DNA from: a virus | IMG/VR virus record: IMGVR_UViG_3300031949_000350 | Location: 1-64,000 of that record | Direction: 5' to 3' (one strand) | Length of the DNA: 64,000 bases | Shown: positions 56,804-64,000 of the stretch, piece after piece | Layout: every line of letters starts with the position of its first letter | Numbering within the stretch: position 1 is the first letter of the stretch | Made by a program: the position numbers and the translations under genes | The notes under the pieces: generated by a model | Seen by the model: the letters and a program-made list of their open reading frames with translations, nothing else | Databases searched by the model: none | What the model was told of the DNA's origin: nothing

Positions 56804-59800
56804 CTAATCTCCAGACGAGAACGGTAGGGGTAGATCTCCCGCGTTGATGTGAAGGCCACGAGCCTTATTCATCTCACGAATCTGAAGTTCAGTGCGGACC
56901 TGACGGGCAATCTCGCGCTGATGATGGTTCTTGCTCTTGTTGGCTTCCCGGTACGCAGTCAGACGCATGAGAAGCTCCTCCTGAGTCACGCCCCGGAATG
57001 CGGACGACTCAGGCATACCCTTGATCATGTTCAGCACCCAATCCTCGAACTTCTTGTCCGCAGTCTCGGAGTTGGAGTACTCAGCGATGAAGCTATTCTT
57101 CACGGCAGCCAGCGAAGCACGAGTGCTAGCCTGATCGCCAGTGTTACGAATGGAGTCATAGATGTTATTCTCATAGACGCCGCGCATCTCATCGAACCGC
57201 CGGTTTCGCTCATTGTCCTTGCGATGCACATTGTTCGGTGAACCCTGAAAGCTCTTCGCGGAACCGAAGAAGTTGTTCATCCAGAAGTCCATAGTATGTT
57301 CGCCGGGCCGCTGCGAGTCAGGGTCATTCATGATCCCGAGGTCGGTGAACAAACGCCGGGCATTGATCGAATAGCCACCCAGAGTACCGGCCACACCGGC
57401 GCCAGCGGCGGTGCCCCACGGAACATTACCGAGAAGCGAGCCGGCCTTGGCAGCACCCTTAGCGTACTGCGCGTACTTAGCGCCGCCGAGAGCGGTCAGA
57501 CCAAAGCCAGCAGCAGCACCCAAAGCCGCAGTGATCGACTTGTGGCTGATACCCTGATCGGTCAATTCAAGCTCACTAGGGTGACTGAGCAGGCTACCGT
57601 TCTTGGCATACGCCTCAACCAGATCAATCGGGTTCCCATCAGGGCCGCTGATTTTCATGCCGTACTTCTGCATCCACGGAGGAGCGAGGAAGGCGAGAAA
57701 GTTCAATGCAGTCTTGGACACGCCCTCGAACCCGCTGCGCGCATGAATGTCCTTGCCGAAGGAGTCCTTGCCGGAGATGATGTCAACCATCGGCATGACG
57801 ATTGCGAACGGTTCAACCGGTGAGAGGTTGATCAGCGTGCGACTGCCCTCAATGCCCGTAGTGGGAACATCGTCGCCGGGGTTGAGCTTAGCAAGCTCGT
57901 AATCAGAAGTCGTGGTAGGCGTCAGCGCCGTGAGCGGGAGGAAGTCCGCCATGTAAGCGCGAACTCGCTCATTCTCACGGGCAACATTCTGATCCTGCAC
58001 TTCCTTTTGGCTGAGCCACTGGGAAGCAAGGCCCGCCCCGAGGCCGAGAGCGCCACCGATAGCCATGCCAGGAACACCGCCACCCATCATGCCGCCAGCC
58101 ACGGCACCAGCCACAAGGCCCGCCGTAGGAGCCGGAGCAGCGCCGAGGCCAGCGGCGCCAATCGCCGCGCCCCCAAGTGCGCCCATAGGGCTACCCGTGG
58201 CGATAGTGCCAGCCACAGCACCAGCTAGTGCGCCACCGGCGCCACCGACCACGCCCTGAGCCGACTGCTCGCCAACCAGCACAGTGGACCACTTGTCACC
58301 CCACTTCGGAACAGTCTTCAGTGCGTCGTCATACTCTTGGAAGCTAGGGCCAAGACCAGCACCAGAGACGATGCCCTGCGCAATGTCAGGAGCGTGCATC
58401 CAAGTGAACATGGACATGGGGTTGTCCATCAGATTGTTCTTGGTGATGCGCGAGGCTTCAGCCGAGAACGTCATCCAAGGAAACCACAGCTTGCGGGCGC
58501 CCTTGGTCAAACTACCTACAGTCTGGTACTGCGGAAGGCGACGGCCAACCTCACGAAGAATGGCGTCATCGCCCCAGCCCTTGCGGCGGAGGTGAAGCGC
58601 ATATTGCATCTTGGGGATCATGTCCTCACCGAGATACGCAGCCGAAGCATTCTTCAGCACGTTCTCAATGCCCGGGACATGACCTACGCCAGCGATAGCA
58701 GTAGCCGCAGCCTTGACCGCAGTAGCGCCGTGACCGGCTTCAGTTCGGCCGATGCGTTCAATCTGATCGATCAGTTTCTCAGCGTGCTGAAGACCTTCCA
58801 CCGAATCGAACCCCTGCTCCTCGATCAGTCCACGCATGGCGGGCGAGGAGAAGAACTCAGCGAGATCAATGTCGCCGCCGTGGTTGTCCTTCATGATTCG
58901 CTCAACGCCCATATTGTCAAGAATCTTAGACACCGAAGGGAGATCGAACACGACACGCTCGATGCGGCCCACAGCCTCACGGCCGCCGCCGGTCGCGGCA
59001 GCCTGAAGGGTAGACCGGTGCTGTTTGGCAGCACGAATGAACAGTCGAGTGATCATCCGGGCGTCATGAGTAGCCTGCGACGAGAACGGGTTGTAGCCTG
59101 CCATCGCCAGGAACATGTAGTTGCCCACGATGTTGTTCATGTGGGTGGCGGGGTTCAGAGCCGTCATGCTCGTCTTATGGACAGTGGAGATAAGCTCAAA
59201 GAACTTGCCGAAGAGCGAGGCGGAGCTAGCCGCCGAATTCGGGTGTCGGCCCCACAGACTCTCCACGAAGTCCTTGGCGATACCACCCGGCATCATGGAA
59301 TCTGTGACCTTCATTCCTTCACCGGCCATCTTGACATTGACCATTCGCTTCATGCGATCACTGAGCCCGGGAACCACTTCGTTAAGCTCATCGAACTTGA
59401 GCCAGTGGCGTGCCGCGCCGTCAGGCAATGCAGCCAAGTCGGTCTGAGAGATGAACTGATGAAGCGCGGCCTCATCCTTCTTGATGAAACCGGAAATCGA
59501 ATCCCTGAACATACGGTGAACATTCGTCAAGAGTGTGTCACGAATAAGGCCACCGCGAAGGATCGACTCCGGGTTAGTGATCAGGCTATCGATGTCCTGC
59601 ACCACTTCATCAGCCGTGGTGTACTTGACTCGCTGCTTCATGGTGGGGGGAGAGAGAAAGCGAGCAACGTCAGTCTGCACTTCGGTCGTGATACGCGGCG
59701 CACGGGCACCCTGAGCCAAACCCGAAGCGTACTCCGAGGTCATCGCCAGCGTGTCCGCATCGGGCGTCATCTTCTTCAGAGCAGGAAGGTGGAATTCACT

Positions 59801-61360
59801 ACCGACCTTATCCTTGTCCATGAAGAGCTTGTAGGTATCCTCTTCGATCATGCCCTCATCGAACTGGGACTGGAAGAGTTCCTTGGCCTTGGTGCGATAA
59901 CCTTCCACGAAGGTCATGGCCGGAGCACCGATATCCTTCGCGAGCGTAGCAGGATCACCCTGCCCCAGCCAATACTTGTAGATTGCCTTCTCGTGTTCAG
60001 GCTTGAGATCAATAGGCGCCGCTGCCAGCCACTTGTCAAGCCCGGCCTCCTTGAAGAAGGTGTGAAGATTCTTGGCGCTGGCAGGCGTCATGGAGGTGAG
60101 CGTATCGTAGTAGGTATTGCGGAACTTCTCTTGGAACCACCACGAAGCCTTCTCGCGCGGGCTGGTAAGCTGATTACGCATGGCGCGCTTGCGGAGCGTG
60201 AGGTATGCCATCTCGTGGTGATCGCTGATCAGGATTTTGCGAAGCTCCTGCGGCGAGACGAGCTTGGCAACGTCCTCGGGAGTCTTGGCAAGCTTGAGTG
60301 CTTCAACCGTGGACTCCTTGAAAAGCTGACGCCCCTCGTTATACTTGCCATAGGCAAGGTTCTTCACGAGGTTCGCGTGATCATCAAAGCGATAAGCGAG
60401 ATTCGTACCGAGGAAGCCGCGGCCCTCAGCCTTGAAGCCGAACTTGCTGATGGTAGGCTTAAACATCACCTGAGCCTCATCGATGGCCTGCATCGGATGA
60501 GGGGTGATGACCTGACCACCGAGCTTGGCGATCTCGTCGGCACGCTTAGCGACACGAGCACCCTTCATCCACGCCGCCCCAATCGGGAAGGCATAGGACG
60601 CTACGGTTAGCGCAGAGATGTACGGATGTTCAGTCAACTGCTGCTTCATGTTGTCGAAGCCGAACTTGACGCCATCCTCATCCCACTTGATACCGGCAAG
60701 TGCCATGTCATCCGAGAACACGAAGTTCAGGGTATCACGGATCGCATCGACCGGCTTGAAGCTCTTGTGGACATACTCCGGCGGGATGACACTAGCATCG
60801 GTCGAGAAATACTGAACCTCGGGCTCCTGAGCGAGTGCCTTCCTCTCAGCAGTCTTCGCATCAGTACCGATGTGGTTCTCGAAACTGCGGAGCGGGATGG
60901 GGACACCCTGCTCACGAAGATCAGCAATCGTCTCCTGCTGCGAGAGCAACTTGCGGTCCTGATAGACTTCCCTAGCCTTGGAGCTAAGCAACGCAACGTC
61001 GCCCCCCTGAAGATCAGGGGTGCCAGTAGGACTGAGCAGCGAATCAATGAGCGGGTCAGAATGTGCTTCTGCATCAGCATCAGTAGTCGAGGGGGCGCCC
61101 TGACCGGTGAGCGGGGCCGGAGGCGGGGGAGCCTGCTCAAGCTGACCGGTCTGGGAGTTCCATGACAGGCGGTGCCGGCTCAGCAGTCCCTCAAGAGGCT
61201 CATCAGCGGGCGGAGGAGTATACTTCGGGGGCTTCGCGAAAAGCTCAGGCGTCTCGACGGCCGGGTCATGAAGAAGCTCATCCCCGGGAATGAACAGGCG
61301 GGGGGTATCCAGCTTGGCAGTCGAGGACTCGTCATCAGGAAGTAGCTTGGGAAGAGCCAT
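56804..61360 (-). CDS. Large protein, probable internal virion/ejection protein
   Basis: 1518 aa; ALNPATHMNN, PWMTF, glycine-zipper stretch and SGKDSFGKDI, which resemble large phage internal proteins; function inferred. Confidence 0.55.
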   Translation of the reverse strand: MALPKLLPDDESSTAKLDTPRLFIPGDELLHDPAVETPELFAKPPKYTPPPADEPLEGLLSRHRLSWNSQTGQLEQAPPPPAPLTGQGAPSTTDADAEAHSDPLIDSLLSPTGTPDLQGGDVALLSSKAREVYQDRKLLSQQETIADLREQGVPIPLRSFENHIGTDAKTAERKALAQEPEVQYFSTDASVIPPEYVHKSFKPVDAIRDTLNFVFSDDMALAGIKWDEDGVKFGFDNMKQQLTEHPYISALTVASYAFPIGAAWMKGARVAKRADEIAKLGGQVITPHPMQAIDEAQVMFKPTISKFGFKAEGRGFLGTNLAYRFDDHANLVKNLAYGKYNEGRQLFKESTVEALKLAKTPEDVAKLVSPQELRKILISDHHEMAYLTLRKRAMRNQLTSPREKASWWFQEKFRNTYYDTLTSMTPASAKNLHTFFKEAGLDKWLAAAPIDLKPEHEKAIYKYWLGQGDPATLAKDIGAPAMTFVEGYRTKAKELFQSQFDEGMIEEDTYKLFMDKDKVGSEFHLPALKKMTPDADTLAMTSEYASGLAQGARAPRITTEVQTDVARFLSPPTMKQRVKYTTADEVVQDIDSLITNPESILRGGLIRDTLLTNVHRMFRDSISGFIKKDEAALHQFISQTDLAALPDGAARHWLKFDELNEVVPGLSDRMKRMVNVKMAGEGMKVTDSMMPGGIAKDFVESLWGRHPNSAASSASLFGKFFELISTVHKTSMTALNPATHMNNIVGNYMFLAMAGYNPFSSQATHDARMITRLFIRAAKQHRSTLQAAATGGGREAVGRIERVVFDLPSVSKILDNMGVERIMKDNHGGDIDLAEFFSSPAMRGLIEEQGFDSVEGLQHAEKLIDQIERIGRTEAGHGATAVKAAATAIAGVGHVPGIENVLKNASAAYLGEDMIPKMQYALHLRRKGWGDDAILREVGRRLPQYQTVGSLTKGARKLWFPWMTFSAEASRITKNNLMDNPMSMFTWMHAPDIAQGIVSGAGLGPSFQEYDDALKTVPKWGDKWSTVLVGEQSAQGVVGGAGGALAGAVAGTIATGSPMGALGGAAIGAAGLGAAPAPTAGLVAGAVAGGMMGGGVPGMAIGGALGLGAGLASQWLSQKEVQDQNVARENERVRAYMADFLPLTALTPTTTSDYELAKLNPGDDVPTTGIEGSRTLINLSPVEPFAIVMPMVDIISGKDSFGKDIHARSGFEGVSKTALNFLAFLAPPWMQKYGMKISGPDGNPIDLVEAYAKNGSLLSHPSELELTDQGISHKSITAALGAAAGFGLTALGGAKYAQYAKGAAKAGSLLGNVPWGTAAGAGVAGTLGGYSINARRLFTDLGIMNDPDSQRPGEHTMDFWMNNFFGSAKSFQGSPNNVHRKDNERNRRFDEMRGVYENNIYDSIRNTGDQASTRASLAAVKNSFIAEYSNSETADKKFEDWVLNMIKGMPESSAFRGVTQEELLMRLTAYREANKSKNHHQREIARQVRTELQIREMNKARGLHINAGDLPLPFSSGD

Positions 61361-63600
61361 TACCTAGCCTCAAGTTGAGCGGCTTCAATAGCTTCCTTAA
61401 TCTGGTTCCTCACTGCCAGCGCAGCGGGAGCATCAGTCGGAGGCAGCGAAGTGAGAATGTTCATGAGGAGTTCCGGGTCTTGTCCGAAGTAAGGGTTCGG
61501 CGGCTTGAAGCCGAACGGGAGCCCGGTGCCTGCTACAATCGGCTGAGCCGGGGACTGCGCGGGTGCGGGTGCTACGTTAGGAGCGAGCGCACGGAAAGCA
61601 CGGGGGATGGGAGCATCAGGATCGACATCCCAAGGGCCGGGCCTATTCGTCTTATTGCTGCGGACGGGTTGACTGCCCTGATCCACAGGCTCAGCGTTGT
61701 CGGACTGAGTGCCAATGGGCTGACCGGGGGCCGGAGTCGCGCCGCGTGGCTGACGCGGCCGAGTCAAAAGTCTATCGGTATCAGGAGCGGCCGACTCTAC
61801 ATCACTACCAAGCTGTGCGTGGGGTTTGGCAGGATCGGGCGAGAGATAGTAGAGACGATCTGCGTCAGCATCGAATTGTTCCTGCTCCGACGCCTGATTC
61901 TGCGTCTGAATGGCAGCAGCCTCAAGGGCGTTCTCATTACGGGCCGCGTTGTAAGCCTGATTGTATTCTGCCTGAGCAACCGGGGAACGGTCGGGAGCAA
62001 TCGGACGACGAAGGACATACTCAGCCGCCACACGCGGACCGTCCGCACGGATCATGCGTTCAGCAGCCGGAGAGATCTCGTGGCCGGCAGAACGAGCCTC
62101 AGCGATGTACTGATCCACAACCTGATCAAGAATCTGACGAACACCGTCCTGCGTTCTAGCAATCTCAGCGAAGCGATTCTGAATCGCGTAGTTCTCGGCC
62201 TGAACCCGGCCCTCACCGGACAATGCGATCTGCTCAAGAGCGGCCTGGACCTGAGGATTACGCCACATGCCCTGAGCCGCCATCTCCTGAACATTGATGT
62301 CAGCGCCGACAGCACGGACGGCTGCCGCCCGCTCATCAGGGCTAAGAGCCTCAAGCTTAGTCTGGACACCGTTAGCAAGCTCAGTAGCACGCTGCTTGAT
62401 GAGGCCCTTGTAGCCGGGGTCCGTGTCCCTGAGGATCTGCGGCCAAGTGTCAGGCTTGCCAAGCTCCGAGATAGGAATAGGCATAAGGCCAGCCTTCTGT
62501 CGGGCAGCAATACCAGCAAGCGCAGCCCTAGCCTGAGCCTGTCGCGTATCCCAGATGCCGCCCTTCATGCCGTACAGACCAGAAAGCTCCGCCTGCTCCT
62601 GAGGGGACGGCTGACGATCACCGGAAAGGAGAGCGGGGTCCATGCCCCTGGCAACATCCTCATACCCGGGTTCAGTGACACCAGCACGGCCGAAGCGAGC
62701 GCCGGCAGCCATGCCGCCGCGAGCACCGAGAATGCCAAGCTGGGACTCTTCAGTCGCCGCCCGGGATTGATCAATATCAGCCTGCATCTTCTGACGGCGA
62801 AGCATCACCTCAGCCTGCCGCTGCGGGTTAGTCTCAGCAGTAGCAGCCTGACCAGCAAGCTGCGTAGTATGCTCAAGGATCGTCTTGGCAGCCTGATCAG
62901 CAAAAGGATTACCAGCATACTCACCAAAGAGATCAAGTAACTGCATGGTCTTCTGACCGTAGGAATCCCAATACGCATCAGTAAACTGACCGTGAATCTT
63001 AATAGCGCGAGGATCGCTAAGATCCACAGGAAGACCAGTGGAAGGATCAACAATCGAAAGAGCGTCATACGTCTCAACGGCGCCGATCTGACCCTGACCG
63101 AGCGCAGGGTTCGGAGCGGGCGGAGCCGCCTGTGGGACAAGCTGCGTCAACGGCTTGCCGTCCTTGTCCTTCTTCCCAGTGGGCTGCTCGACCATCGTGG
63201 GCTCACCGCCCGCAACAGTCTCAGCAAGCATCTGACCATCAACCGCGTTCACCGTGCGCTGAATAGGGCGGGTGGCAATCGCCAACCCCTGGCGGAGCTT
63301 CTCGACATCATCTTGCATGGACTGAAGGATCGGCGCCACCTTCGTCTTACGGACAAGCTCGAACTCCTTCTTGAAGTATCGCTCCTGCATGGACTTCGCC
63401 ATCGTCTCGCCGGTAATCTTACCGCCTTCAATGACAGCACCAGCGGCTTGCGGGGCTTTGGCCTTCTCCCACAGCGCAGCCAGACCAGCAGCACTCTGAA
63501 TGTAGGACTGCTGCATGAGAGCAGAAGCCTGCTTGTTAGTAGCGCGGTCCTCGGCAATATCGCCGGAGTTACCAGTCATCTTGTCCCAGAAGCCAGCCAT
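61360..63600 (-). CDS. Ala/Gln/Pro-rich protein, probable internal virion protein
   Basis: 746-aa ORF with GGAG RBS, coupled to the 1518-aa gene. Confidence 0.5.
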   Translation of the reverse strand: MAGFWDKMTGNSGDIAEDRATNKQASALMQQSYIQSAAGLAALWEKAKAPQAAGAVIEGGKITGETMAKSMQERYFKKEFELVRKTKVAPILQSMQDDVEKLRQGLAIATRPIQRTVNAVDGQMLAETVAGGEPTMVEQPTGKKDKDGKPLTQLVPQAAPPAPNPALGQGQIGAVETYDALSIVDPSTGLPVDLSDPRAIKIHGQFTDAYWDSYGQKTMQLLDLFGEYAGNPFADQAAKTILEHTTQLAGQAATAETNPQRQAEVMLRRQKMQADIDQSRAATEESQLGILGARGGMAAGARFGRAGVTEPGYEDVARGMDPALLSGDRQPSPQEQAELSGLYGMKGGIWDTRQAQARAALAGIAARQKAGLMPIPISELGKPDTWPQILRDTDPGYKGLIKQRATELANGVQTKLEALSPDERAAAVRAVGADINVQEMAAQGMWRNPQVQAALEQIALSGEGRVQAENYAIQNRFAEIARTQDGVRQILDQVVDQYIAEARSAGHEISPAAERMIRADGPRVAAEYVLRRPIAPDRSPVAQAEYNQAYNAARNENALEAAAIQTQNQASEQEQFDADADRLYYLSPDPAKPHAQLGSDVESAAPDTDRLLTRPRQPRGATPAPGQPIGTQSDNAEPVDQGSQPVRSNKTNRPGPWDVDPDAPIPRAFRALAPNVAPAPAQSPAQPIVAGTGLPFGFKPPNPYFGQDPELLMNILTSLPPTDAPAALAVRNQIKEAIEAAQLEAR

Positions 63601-63609
63601 TTAGTTCTC

Positions 63610-64000
63610 CTAGCCCATCATGAACTGGCCGCCAGCGTAAGATCCGCCAGGCCCGGCCGTAGGAGTAGAGCCACCGCCACCCATGAGGCCAGTCAAGCTA
63701 CTGAGCCCGCCGCCACCGCCCATGCCGCCCATTAGGCCATTACCGAGACTGCTAACGCCGTTCGCGATGGAGGCAATCTTCGTCTGGTTAGCCTCATTAA
63801 TAGCCTGATGGTAAGTAGCACTAGCATCCTGCATCTTCTCAGTGGAGCGCTGATTCATCTGAGCCGCTGCCACAGGCCATGTCTGCGACCAGAATGTGCG
63901 GAGGTTGACGAGTGCATTAGTATAGCTATCTCGGATACCAGCGTGGTTAGCGGTCCATGCCTGAGCGAAGCTCTGAACCTTCATAGCATTATCGCGGGTC
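63610..64000 (-). CDS. C-terminal part of a Gly-rich probable virion protein
   Basis: Frame appears to continue to the window edge; Gly/Met-rich tail. Confidence 0.45.
   Translation of the reverse strand, partial: TRDNAMKVQSFAQAWTANHAGIRDSYTNALVNLRTFWSQTWPVAAAQMNQRSTEKMQDASATYHQAINEANQTKIASIANGVSSLGNGLMGGMGGGGGLSSLTGLMGGGGSTPTAGPGGSYAGGQFMMG

Noticed and set aside
58337-62940. Long + strand ORFs (757 aa and 521 aa)
   Set aside because: Antisense shadows of the large minus-strand genes; no motifs or RBS.
1-64000. Stop-codon recoding, inteins/introns, tRNAs, or base-replacement pathways (dZ, 7-deazaguanine, hmC)
   Set aside because: Core genes are uninterrupted and of normal length under the standard code. 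No cloverleaf or PurZ/Que/hydroxymethylase gene was recognised, though inspection by eye could miss some.

Overview
This window is a 64-kb segment of a large dsDNA bacteriophage genome; the host cannot be determined from the sequence. From about 1 to 52.7 kb all genes are on the + strand. The early region has a MoxR-type ATPase/VWA pair, a small MTase plus putative nuclease cassette, a Rap1a-like protein and a sigma70-family factor. The replication, recombination and nucleotide block encodes SF2 and DnaB helicases, primase, a UDG-PolA fusion, gp32-like SSB, UvsY/RecA, SbcCD, an A1-like protein, NrdJ, ThyX and IMPDH/GMPR, alongside two RNA ligases, a ClpP-like protease, peptide deformylase, six HNH/EndoVII nucleases and an Acb2/Tad1-like protein. 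A roughly 14-kb glycan-biosynthesis cluster spans the strand switch at about 52.73 kb, and large minus-strand genes resembling internal virion proteins follow. The main non-coding signals are a conserved intergenic motif ACGGTATTATCTA (4 copies, probably the phage-sigma promoter), a near-consensus sigma70 promoter at 568-596, and two strongly structured intergenic regions (about 395-557 and 41200-41470). The second follows a small KOW-like protein gene that has its own copy of the promoter motif, and is the best candidate for an undescribed RNA-protein system. All calls come from reading motifs by eye; no searches were run.
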